A stretch of DNA of 49,191 bases from Rhodothermales bacterium (GTDB taxonomy: Bacteria > Bacteroidota > Rhodothermia > Rhodothermales > VXPQ01), in contig JBBDTI010000020.1 of NCBI GenBank assembly GCA_040904565.1, forward strand, positions 1 to 49,191, in the 5' to 3' direction. Under the pieces are notes generated by a model. It did not search any database, was not told the DNA's origin, and saw nothing but the letters and a program-made list of their open reading frames with translations. The translations under genes were made by a program, and so were the position numbers. Numbering within the stretch: the first letter of the stretch is position 1; every line of letters begins with the position of its first letter. This document shows positions 40,442-48,742 of this stretch, in pieces.

Positions 40442-42616
40442 GTGTCTGCCCCCCCTTCCTGCATCCATCCCGTATCCGTCGCCGACCTGGCCGAGGCTCG
40501 CGCGCAGGGCGTTCCCGACAGGGGATCGCAGCAAGTGTTGGAAGCAGAACGCGCGTACGTCGATGCCTGGCGGACGCGGCGCGGTCTTCCACCTACCGAG
40601 CAGCTTAGCCCCTCGGCACTTTGCATCTCCGGCGGCGGCATCCGATCGGCGTCGTTCGCCGCCGGCGTGCTTCAGGCCCTGGCCGCCGCAGACCTGCTAA
40701 AGACGTTCGACTACCTCTCAACCGTGTCCGGCGGTGGATACATCGCCTCGTCGCTCACGTGGCTCTTGCATGATTCCGGACGGACATCCGTCGGTACGGC
40801 AAGTGCTGCGGCATGCGGCACGGCATGCGGACTGGGACCGGACGACTTTCCCTATGGAACGGAGAACCCGTCAGCCCGAGATGATGCGCCCGACAGGCAC
40901 CGCGACGGGGCGGCGCAGTTCAGGCGGCTCTCCTATCTGAAAACGCACGGGGCCTACCTCACTCCGGGTAACGGGATCGGCTTGGCATCGCTGGTTGCCG
41001 TACTGCTGCGGGGAGCGTTTCTCAGTCTGCTGGCGGCCATCCCTTTGACCGCGACCGCGTTTGCCGGCGTAATCCTTCTCTCTACCACGCTGACGCAACA
41101 TCCTACGGAAGGCTTCGCATTCATCTGGAAGCTGGGCCTGGGTGTGATGGGCTTTCTGATCGTATCGGCACTACTCTATGCCGTGGGCAGCGTTTTAGAC
41201 CGTCCGCTCGCCGAGACGAAGTCGAAATATGCATTCCGGCGACGCTACGATACGTATGCTGGATCGCTTCTGACCGTCGCCGCTGCACTCGGCGCCATCA
41301 GCTTCATTCCAAACGTGCACGTTCACGTAGGCACGGGGGCGCTCGCCGGTGGTCTCGCTGCCGCCGGTCTCGTTTTCGTCCATGCGTCCCGGAAAATGTC
41401 CAGGCGTTTTTTGAGGACCCTCGCTCAGACAGGCTCGCTGCTGATCCTCTATGCCGTCCTCGTCCTGTCCTTTCACCTCGCGACCTGGTCCGTCGACATT
41501 CTCAACACACCATCCGGCATCCTCCGATGGGTGCCCGTCGGATTGCTCTTGGTCTCGCTGCTGTGCGGGCGATTGGTAAACATCAACATCATCTCCATGC
41601 ACCGGTACTACCGCGATCGTCTGATGGAGACGTTCTTGCCGGACGATGCGTCGGAACTCGACGACGCGACCGGGGCCTCACCCCGCGCAAATACGGCCCG
41701 CCTGAGCAGCATCCTCAGCGCGTCGTCTCCGACCGGGCCCTATCACATCCTCAACACGAACCTGAACCTCGTCGGGGCTCGCTCGAGAGTACGACGAATC
41801 CGAGGGGGCGACAGCTTCATTCTAACCCCACTGTACTGCGGAAGCAATGAAACGGGATGGAGGCGGACGGATGAATTCCTGCGGAACGGGCTTACCCTGG
41901 CCACCGCCATGGCCGTATCGGGGGCGGCCGTCGAACCGGACGCGGGCGTGGCTGGTCGGGGGCCCGCCCGCGATCCGAGCGTGGCAGCGCTGATGACCCT
42001 CCTAAACCTGACGCTCGGTTTCTGGATACCTCATCCGCTGAAGGAACAGCGGCGCCTCGCCTTCCCGAACCATTTTAATCCAGGCTTCCGTTCCTTTCTC
42101 GCCAGCGCGTACGACGGACGTCGCACCTACCTCGAACTCGGAGATGGCGGCCATTTCGAGAACCTCGGTCTCTACGAGATGATCAGGCGCCGTGTGCGCC
42201 TCGTGGTCGTGAGCGACGCGGGAGCCGACCCCGAATACCGGTTCAACGACCTCCTCAATGCCATGCAGCGGGTCCAGGCCGATTTCGGCACAAAGATTCT
42301 CTTCACGACGGGTGGCGCGCCCGTGAACCTGCATGCTCTGTTCGACGTGGATGGTGCGCATCATCCCTCGTGTGGCCACGTGATCGGCACCATCGCCTAT
42401 CCGGACCGTTCGACGGGCGCTATCGTGCTCGTCAAGGCATCGATGATTAATGACGTGGACGACGCCCTGCTCACCTACAAGCATGACCACCCCGCATTTC
42501 CCCACGAAAGCACGATGCAGCAGTGGTTCGACGAAACGGATATAGATGCCTATCGGCGGCTGGGCTACGAGATCACGCGCCGGATGATCGACGCCGTCGG
42601 CGTCAATAATTTCTGA
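40442..42616 (+). CDS. Multi-pass membrane patatin/cPLA2-like phospholipase
   Basis: SGGGIRSA oxyanion loop, YLSTVSGGGY nucleophile, DGGHFENLG, FPHEST; central TM helices. GTG 40442 follows a purine-rich RBS. Confidence 0.85.
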   Translation: MSAPPSCIHPVSVADLAEARAQGVPDRGSQQVLEAERAYVDAWRTRRGLPPTEQLSPSALCISGGGIRSASFAAGVLQALAAADLLKTFDYLSTVSGGGYIASSLTWLLHDSGRTSVGTASAAACGTACGLGPDDFPYGTENPSARDDAPDRHRDGAAQFRRLSYLKTHGAYLTPGNGIGLASLVAVLLRGAFLSLLAAIPLTATAFAGVILLSTTLTQHPTEGFAFIWKLGLGVMGFLIVSALLYAVGSVLDRPLAETKSKYAFRRRYDTYAGSLLTVAAALGAISFIPNVHVHVGTGALAGGLAAAGLVFVHASRKMSRRFLRTLAQTGSLLILYAVLVLSFHLATWSVDILNTPSGILRWVPVGLLLVSLLCGRLVNINIISMHRYYRDRLMETFLPDDASELDDATGASPRANTARLSSILSASSPTGPYHILNTNLNLVGARSRVRRIRGGDSFILTPLYCGSNETGWRRTDEFLRNGLTLATAMAVSGAAVEPDAGVAGRGPARDPSVAALMTLLNLTLGFWIPHPLKEQRRLAFPNHFNPGFRSFLASAYDGRRTYLELGDGGHFENLGLYEMIRRRVRLVVVSDAGADPEYRFNDLLNAMQRVQADFGTKILFTTGGAPVNLHALFDVDGAHHPSCGHVIGTIAYPDRSTGAIVLVKASMINDVDDALLTYKHDHPAFPHESTMQQWFDETDIDAYRRLGYEITRRMIDAVGVNNF

Positions 42617-42637
42617 GCGGACGCCGACAGCCAGGTT

Positions 42638-43315
42638 CTAATTCAGCGTGCCGTTTTCCGCGGCCTGCTTCAATGCGTCGTTCGCAAAAATGGCGACCTC
42701 AACGCGCCGGTTTGCCTGACGGCCGGCAGCGGTCTCATTTGAAGCGATCGGATTCATCTCACCCATGCCGACGACCGAAATGCGCGATGCCGCAATCCCC
42801 AGTCTCGTATGATAGTCTGCCACGGCCTGAGCACGGCGTTCAGAGAGCGTCTGATTGTATTCCTCCGCACCGTCACTGTCGGTATTTCCTTCGATCAGGA
42901 TGTTGGACTCAGGATAGTCGTTGAGAATTTTCGCCATGCTCTCGATGCTCGTTCGGGCTCCGGACTGAAGCTCGTAGGAATTCACGGCGAACAGTAGGCC
43001 CGAATCGAAGGTGATCTTTATGCCTTCGGCGACGCGTTCGATTTCTGCGTTTTCGATCTCTCTGCGCATCTCTTCAGCCTGCTTATCCATGTGGCGGCCG
43101 ATGAGCACGCCCGCCGTACCGCCGACGGTTGCTCCGATAATCGCACCCGCAGCCGTATTGCCGGCCTGATTCCCGATTACCCCGCCGACCGCGCCCCCGG
43201 CGCCGGCCCCGATCGCGCCGCCTTTAATCGCATTACTGAGTCCACATCCCGCCAGCACCGTAAGGGAGACGGCGAGCATCACGACAATAATTCTGTGTAG
43301 TGTAGTCTTCATCAT
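42638..43315 (-). CDS. OmpA-family lipoprotein (glycine zipper plus OmpA_C)
   Basis: Lipobox LAGC, Gly-zipper, EGNTDS.G...YN..LSERRA, NRRVEV. Confidence 0.93.
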   Translation of the reverse strand: MMKTTLHRIIVVMLAVSLTVLAGCGLSNAIKGGAIGAGAGGAVGGVIGNQAGNTAAGAIIGATVGGTAGVLIGRHMDKQAEEMRREIENAEIERVAEGIKITFDSGLLFAVNSYELQSGARTSIESMAKILNDYPESNILIEGNTDSDGAEEYNQTLSERRAQAVADYHTRLGIAASRISVVGMGEMNPIASNETAAGRQANRRVEVAIFANDALKQAAENGTLN

Positions 43316-43550
43316 AGTTCTCTATAGGAAGTGAATGTTTATCATGGGATGCTTTGTGTCCCGAGATCTCTCTCGATCTCCAGAGCATATCAAATATGGT
43401 CGATAGTGCAGATATGTTACTTCGCGGAATCACGGAAAGCAGTCATCTTATCTCGTAACTTACTGTAAGCGCGGTGCTTACAAGCCCTTATGGCAGTGAT
43501 TTCCTCCGCGCCTCGGACGACCAACAGACCAAGACCAAAGCCCCTAAACC

Positions 43551-43592
43551 AAAAAACGCCCCAGCGTCGCCGTTTCCAGGCGATCTGGGGCG
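43551..43592 (-). terminator. Rho-independent terminator downstream of the tRNA-Thr fragment
   Basis: Minus strand CGCCCCAG-atcgcc-tggaaac-ggcga-cg-CTGGGGCG followed by TTTTTT. Confidence 0.75.
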
Positions 43593-43612
43593 TATTGTAC
43601 GGTTGGAAGGTG

Positions 43613-43655
43613 AGCCAACGACCGGACTTGAACCGGTGACCTGCTCATTACGAGT
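43613..43655 (-). pseudogene. Displaced 3' half of tRNA-Thr(CGT); att site of the integrated element
   Basis: Minus strand A-CTCGTAA-TGAGC-AGGTC-ACCGG-TTCAAGT-CCGGT-CGTTGGC-T: anticodon loop, T-arm and 3' acceptor strand. No 5' acceptor or D-arm upstream. Confidence 0.85.
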
Positions 43656-43775
43656 TTCTTTCCATGGGTGCCCATACGGGCCGGAATCGCCATTTCTGAT
43701 CCGTATGCCGTGGTTTACGGTGCACATTCATGCACAAAACTGCGCCGCTTTCTTGCATATATCTTGCACGGAAGC

Positions 43776-44312
43776 CTAGACGTCGACTGGCCTAAGAACG
43801 TACTCGTTGCGACCTTGAGGCACCTTGCCGATAGCATCGACGTGAATCTCCGAACGGTCCGGGGCAATGTGAATCTCATGGATGCCCCAATGGCCTTTCT
43901 TGCTGCCGGTTGACTCCCCGTCTTTTGTATACCTGAAGAATCCCTTGGCATGTAGTGGCGTTGCGTCAGATACCGGCAGAAAGCTTTCCCAGTCGCCACG
44001 CTTCCCAACCTGTCGCAGCTCCAAGATCGGGCGAACTCTGGCAAGGTTAGTCAACCCAAACTGGAAGGTGGTTACCTGCTCTTTCGTGCCGGACCCATCT
44101 AGATTGTAACCGTGATAGTCCCCATTGAGGCGCCGAAGATAGAAATACGTTCTCGTTCTTGCAGTCACGCCCAGCACGATAACCGTAAGGAGGGGCACTG
44201 ATACGATTGTCCAATCCGCACCGTCAGCAACGTGGAGACCGAAAATGAATGCGACCGCTACGTAGCCCACAGTCACTAGAATTACCTCGATTCTCAGTCC
44301 TATCGAGTTCAT
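43776..44312 (-). CDS. 2TM plus beta-strand-rich protein (Cap15/S_2TMBeta-like architecture)
   Basis: Two N-terminal hydrophobic helices, then LNGDYHGY and alternating beta-strands (WESFL, KGFFRY, WGIHEI). ATG 44312. Confidence 0.55.
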   Translation of the reverse strand: MNSIGLRIEVILVTVGYVAVAFIFGLHVADGADWTIVSVPLLTVIVLGVTARTRTYFYLRRLNGDYHGYNLDGSGTKEQVTTFQFGLTNLARVRPILELRQVGKRGDWESFLPVSDATPLHAKGFFRYTKDGESTGSKKGHWGIHEIHIAPDRSEIHVDAIGKVPQGRNEYVLRPVDV

Positions 44313-44364
44313 GGTTCTTGCCCGATGAATGTTACGAGATTGAGGATAGCCTGACGCAATTGCT

Positions 44365-45579
44365 TCAGTTGCTGGCAACCGTTTCGCGCCACTCATTCAT
44401 CTTCGATACAGCGTCGTGAAGATCGCCGCCGGCGACGTGGACATATTGCATCGTAGTGGATATGTCGGCGTGGCCCGCGAGCTTCTGCACGACCGGCACC
44501 GGCACGCCCCGCTGGACCATCCACGTGATGAACGTGTGTCGGAGGGAATGGAAGGTGAGATCGTCGGAGAGCTGCGCCAGCTTGACGTATTTCTTAAACC
44601 GCTTGCTGACGTAGGAGGCATCCAGCCTGTCGCCGTTCTTCTCGCCCTTGAATACATAGTCGTCGGCCTCCGACGTGCGGGCCTCGTGCAGCGTCCAGAG
44701 CACGTCCAGGCACGCCCCGGAGATCGGCACGGTACGTTCATGGTGAGATTTCGGGATGAAGCCGTCTGAGCGCCTCACGACGATCTGGCCGGCGTCGAAG
44801 TTGATCCACGACCAGCGCATGTGAACGATCTCCGTCTCACGGAGCCCGGTCGATACGGCAACCTCAATAACGTCCAGGAGCCAGCGTATCGCGCCCTCGT
44901 GCAGCCCTGTATGCCTCACGGCCTCCCCGTTGACGATGCCCGCCTCCTTCATCATTACGTCGGCCTCGATCGCACGGCGGAGCCGCTGGTACTGCTCGTG
45001 CGTGAAGAACGACTTCTCTTTCTTGGCGAGCTTGGGCCGCTCGACCTTCACGGTAGGCTCGTGCTGCATCCATCCCTGCTCGCGGCACCACGAGAAGAAC
45101 GCACGGATGCGCGTGTAATAGGTCTGGCGAGTCGCTGAGGAGAGTTTTTTCTTCTTGGCCTTCGCCTTTCCTTGCCTTGACTTCTTCGGAGCGTTCAGGA
45201 AGTTTTCAATGTGACGGGCCTCGACGTGCGAGAGAAGCGATCCGGCCGGGAGTGAATCCACGAACAGGTTCAGCGTCGACTCGTCGGCCTTGACGGTCTT
45301 CGGCCTCCGCGTAACCTTCCGCTTCTTCACGTACTTCTCGGCCGCTTCCGCGACGGAGACGCCTTTTCGCGGTACGGGATCAACCCAAGGGTCGAACAGC
45401 CCGAGCGATTCCTTTTTCTCATAGTCGACGAGCCGCCGGTTCGCAACGCGCTCGTCTTTCGTCCGCAGCGTCACGTACTTCTCGTTCGGCTGCCGAAGCG
45501 GGTCATAAAAGACGGCCGCGTATCCGGTGAAAATCTTCTCTCCGCCCTTGTAGCGGTAGCGTTCGCGCAGCTTTGCCAT
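44365..45579 (-). CDS. Tyrosine recombinase/integrase
   Basis: TGLRETE (R), PKSHHER (K), FHSLRH (HxxR), LAGHA (H), TTMQY (Y); N-terminal arm-binding and SAM-like regions. Confidence 0.95.
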   Translation of the reverse strand: MAKLRERYRYKGGEKIFTGYAAVFYDPLRQPNEKYVTLRTKDERVANRRLVDYEKKESLGLFDPWVDPVPRKGVSVAEAAEKYVKKRKVTRRPKTVKADESTLNLFVDSLPAGSLLSHVEARHIENFLNAPKKSRQGKAKAKKKKLSSATRQTYYTRIRAFFSWCREQGWMQHEPTVKVERPKLAKKEKSFFTHEQYQRLRRAIEADVMMKEAGIVNGEAVRHTGLHEGAIRWLLDVIEVAVSTGLRETEIVHMRWSWINFDAGQIVVRRSDGFIPKSHHERTVPISGACLDVLWTLHEARTSEADDYVFKGEKNGDRLDASYVSKRFKKYVKLAQLSDDLTFHSLRHTFITWMVQRGVPVPVVQKLAGHADISTTMQYVHVAGGDLHDAVSKMNEWRETVASN

Positions 45580-45776
45580 CAGTCCGCCTCTCCAAACAGT
45601 GAATCAACTCGTTCCTGCCCGCCTAGATACTTCTCGAGATCGGCGCGCGTGATGATGTACGATTTGCCCGGCTTCGCAGACGGCAACTTGCCGGAGCGAA
45701 GATGCCGGTAGATCGTCTGGATACTGACGCCCGTGGCGTCGGCTATCTCTTCAGGTGTGAACATGGTCTTCGGCAT
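45579..45776 (-). CDS. Excisionase-like HTH_17 DNA-binding protein
   Basis: FTPEEIADATGVSIQTIYRHLRSGKLP..K.GKSYII; stop overlaps the integrase start (TGATG). Confidence 0.88.
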   Translation of the reverse strand: MPKTMFTPEEIADATGVSIQTIYRHLRSGKLPSAKPGKSYIITRADLEKYLGGQERVDSLFGEAD

Positions 45777-45802
45777 TGGTCTTGGCTTTCTTCGTCTACG
45801 AC

Positions 45803-45850
45803 CAATGTAATACAATGTTCAGTAAACGTTACTATTGATATTTATTGATA
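45803..45850. promoter_or_regulatory. Symmetric operator-like array upstream of xis-int
   Basis: CAATGT x2 (10-bp period), palindrome AGTAA-ACG-TTACT, TATTGATA x2 (10-bp period). Confidence 0.5.
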
Positions 45851-46014
45851 GGCACCAGCAATGTAGAAATACGCCGATGAACCGATGCGGACACCTCACG
45901 GCTCAATAGTTACACACCACTAAATCGATTACGACGGGCATCGGCTTCCGGTGGCGCCCCGCTCTTCGCGTTCTTACCTTCCGCTTATAATTCAGGTATT
46001 GCTGAGCTACGCGC

Positions 46015-46386
46015 ATGCTTTTTAGATGCATCCCTATTGTTCTCATCTTACTGACTGGCTGCACTACGGCGAATGTCGGCTCAAACGCAGCGGAGAACCA
46101 GACTCAGGAGTTGATGCTTGATGGCGTTGCGTACGAGCAAGCCTTCCGAGCTGCCGCCCAAGCCGCCGCTGCTATTCAATGGCAGATCGCTAGCAGTGAC
46201 AGGGACACCGGCGTTATTTCGGCTTCGTACGACGGTACGATTTCTCGGTGGGGTGATAATGTGAACATCATGGTATCCGAATCCGGTACTGGCTCACGTG
46301 TCACTGTGCGCAGCAACCTAGGCCAGCGCCCAAATCGAAATCATGTAGCGGAATACCTCGACATGCTACGCGCCTCTGTCGAGTAG
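46015..46386 (+). CDS. Hypothetical lipoprotein
   Basis: Lipobox LLTGC; small alpha/beta domain. Confidence 0.75.
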   Translation: MLFRCIPIVLILLTGCTTANVGSNAAENQTQELMLDGVAYEQAFRAAAQAAAAIQWQIASSDRDTGVISASYDGTISRWGDNVNIMVSESGTGSRVTVRSNLGQRPNRNHVAEYLDMLRASVE

Positions 46387-46412
46387 AGCCGACCAATTGA
46401 GACGGAGGTACG

Positions 46413-46547
46413 ACATCCCTCCTCTACGCCGTCGCACGCCGGTTAGGAGACGTGAACGCCGTGAAGAAAGGCAACGTAGGCAAGTGCATCGGCAGACGCC
46501 TCTCAGGCAAGGCTACGGGACGGCTGCTGCGGAAGCTGTTTCGGTAG
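46413..46547 (+). pseudogene. Start-less remnant of a small basic protein gene
   Basis: Reads TSLLYAVARRLGDVNAVKKGNVGKCIGRRLSGKATGRLLRKLFR*; in-frame TGA at 46398 and no ATG before it. Confidence 0.45.
46507..46546 (+). repeat. 40-bp direct repeat, copy 1
   Basis: GCAAGGCTACGGGACGGCTGCTGCGGAAGCTGTTTCGGTA; 35/40 identical to 48640-48679. Confidence 0.85.
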
Positions 46548-46686
46548 GCTCCGGCGGGCGTCGGGTCTACTAGCTTTCGTAGCCTTACGATTGTTTGTAG
46601 ATCCGTTGCTGAACCATGATCGAACTGTGCTCCGCCGCCGCAGCCGTTTTACTTATGAAGAAGAACCAACCTACCGGTACAGGATC

Positions 46687-47145
46687 ATGAGACTTGCCTC
46701 CATTCTCGTCATCGCCACTCTCCTTTCGATTCCGACCTATGCACAGGAGCCGACGCGTTTGCAGTCGATGCCGCCAACGCTAGCTGAAAAAGGCAGCATC
46801 ATTGTGACTTCGATATTGTCGAAGGAGGTGTCGAAGCAGGAATATCAGGAGTTTGTATTTTTTGATCTACAGCACATCGCTACGGGCTTGGATCGCCCGG
46901 CCCGTGCCATCAAAGGGTCTCTCAAAATCACCGACCTATTTGGTGAGCCGGTCCTCTCGATCTCGTGGACATTGACAGACCCACTCAGCCCTGGCGAGAT
47001 CCTTTTTGAGAATGGCGTCGGGTTCAAGTACAACCAGTTCATCGACGAGCATCGGTGGGTTCGAACGAATGCGGTCAAAGACATGGACGCAACATTCGTC
47101 GTCGAAAGTATCATTTACGCTGACGGGTCTCGCAAGGACTTATGA
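46687..47145 (+). CDS. Hypothetical secreted protein
   Basis: Signal peptide MRLASILVIATLLSIPTYA-Q; AIKGSLKITDLFGE; C-terminal IIYADGS. Confidence 0.75.
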   Translation: MRLASILVIATLLSIPTYAQEPTRLQSMPPTLAEKGSIIVTSILSKEVSKQEYQEFVFFDLQHIATGLDRPARAIKGSLKITDLFGEPVLSISWTLTDPLSPGEILFENGVGFKYNQFIDEHRWVRTNAVKDMDATFVVESIIYADGSRKDL

Positions 47146-47391
47146 CTAAATCTCCGCGACGGCGGAGAACCTTGGCGTGTCCGGCTCGCCCTCCAGCAGC
47201 ATTTTATCCAACAGGCGACGGGACGCAATCTCCAGCGTGGGATAGTAACCGTCCGTCTTCCAGTTGCCCATTTCCGTACGCCGTTCGATCGCCCAGTTAT
47301 AGGAATCCTGCTTACGGAGCCGGAAAGGCGTCGTATGGGCGTCAGATCGTCCCGTCTCCCCATTACGTATGTTCTGCATCGTCTCAGGCAT
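47146..47391 (-). CDS. Phage-type small protein (DUF5405-like), possibly truncated
   Basis: DSYNWAIE...W..DGYYPTLE.A..RL pattern; stop directly abuts the stop of the convergent gene. Confidence 0.45.
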   Translation of the reverse strand: MPETMQNIRNGETGRSDAHTTPFRLRKQDSYNWAIERRTEMGNWKTDGYYPTLEIASRRLLDKMLLEGEPDTPRFSAVAEI

Positions 47392-47520
47392 TGCGCTCGT
47401 CTCCTCGCTCGTGATACACTCGTTTCAGCAGCACCGTGAAAAGCTCGAGCGGGATCGTTACCACGGACTCGCCCCGGTCCTCTCGCACAATCGCCACGTG
47501 CGCCCCGGTTTCGGGGGCCG
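47384..47520 (-). pseudogene. C-terminal fragment of a phage PD-(D/E)XK resolvase-like gene
   Basis: APETGAHVAIVREDRGESVVTIPLELFTVLLKRVYHERGDERNA*; overlaps the next ATG (AATGCCTGA); no upstream ATG in frame. Confidence 0.35.
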
Positions 47521-47565
47521 TCGAAAATCCTGAACTGATCTAGTCTAGCATACCAGTTGATCACG

Positions 47566-47594
47566 AGGGGCATCCGAGAGGATGCCCCTTTTCT
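47566..47594 (+). terminator. Rho-independent terminator
   Basis: Perfect 10-bp stem AGGGGCATCC-GAGA-GGATGCCCCT followed by TTTCT. Confidence 0.8.
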
Positions 47595-47648
47595 GTACGA
47601 CCACTATATTGTTTCTCGTTGACAAGTCACGCGCACCGACTCTCTACC

Positions 47649-47948
47649 ATGAAGCACAGATGCTATGGCTGCGGGCATAAAGCTGAGATGCCCAACGACG
47701 ACGAACTTATGCTCGTCCACGGTCCGAAAGACGAATCCGGCATCCAACACTTCTTCCTCTACTGCCGCCGGTGCCATCGCGTATCGGACTTGATCGGATC
47801 ACTCAATCCGCTCAAATTCCTAACCGGCAAGATGAAGTGCATCGGGACGTATGATCCACGAGAGGTGCAGCAGAAAGCCCCTGAGTATTTCGGAATCTTC
47901 GCGCCTAAGATTCAGCAGGCAATGCGGGTTGACGGCGCTATTGACTAG
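47649..47948 (+). CDS. Hypothetical Zn-finger-like protein
   Basis: CYGC...CRRC pair; ATG 47649. Confidence 0.65.
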   Translation: MKHRCYGCGHKAEMPNDDELMLVHGPKDESGIQHFFLYCRRCHRVSDLIGSLNPLKFLTGKMKCIGTYDPREVQQKAPEYFGIFAPKIQQAMRVDGAID

Positions 47949-48037
47949 AAGGGACTCTCTCCAGAGAAGTGGATGATAATTAACGGTATTATACAATGCG
48001 TTATCGTCCGGTATTTAGAGTTCGTCGAGGATAGGAG

Positions 48038-48544
48038 ATGCGATCAATACGAAATAAGATGGCAGCGGCATTCTCTATTTTATCCATTATCGGCGTGCCA
48101 GTTTTATCGGCTCAAGACAATGACTTCTCTCGCTACTTTGATCGCAGTTGGCAATACATAGTCGTGGGTCCAGAACAGGAAACGCTAGCGAGCAACGAGC
48201 AATATCCGTGTGCAGTTAAGGGTTACGGATGGCAGCTCTTGGGCACCGAGCGGAGACGCAATGTAGACACGCCGTGGTACTCGCTCGGAGACACTTGGCA
48301 AAAATGGGGATGGCGGGTTATTGTGACATCAAATCGAGACGGACCTGTCAGATTCTCCTTCACGCCCCGGCTAATTAGCGAAACTGGATATGAACTCGAT
48401 TCCGACTACCTCGCCAGCAAGGTTCTTCGACCCGATCGGCATGACGCGTTTCAAGGCGTGGGGGAATACAATGCCTCTCAGCGGAGCGACGAAGGCTCAC
48501 CGGGAGTGCTAACCTGGAACATCAGTTGTTCTGAATATCCTTAA
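48038..48544 (+). CDS. Hypothetical secreted protein
   Basis: Signal peptide ..IIGVPVLSA-Q; beta-sandwich-like with two Cys. Confidence 0.7.
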   Translation: MRSIRNKMAAAFSILSIIGVPVLSAQDNDFSRYFDRSWQYIVVGPEQETLASNEQYPCAVKGYGWQLLGTERRRNVDTPWYSLGDTWQKWGWRVIVTSNRDGPVRFSFTPRLISETGYELDSDYLASKVLRPDRHDAFQGVGEYNASQRSDEGSPGVLTWNISCSEYP

Positions 48545-48639
48545 CAAATATGCGCCAAGCAGTGGCGAAATATCTCAAGAACGCCTTTCCAGACGTAACG
48601 TCAACGTCATAGTCGTCCGCATTAGCCAATATATTGCGA

Positions 48640-48679
48640 GCAAGGATACGAGCCGTCTGCTGCGTAAGCTGTTTCGGTA
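48640..48679 (+). repeat. 40-bp direct repeat, copy 2
   Basis: GCAAGGATACGAGCCGTCTGCTGCGTAAGCTGTTTCGGTA. Confidence 0.85.
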
Positions 48680-48742
48680 CGCGCGTGTGGGCTTACACGA
48701 GGGCAGTGCGAGTAAACGTGATCCCAATTTAAGAGCAGGCCG

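Noticed and set aside
43613-43690. Intact tRNA-Thr gene
   Set aside because: The 5' acceptor strand, D-arm and 5' anticodon stem are absent; only the 3' half is present.
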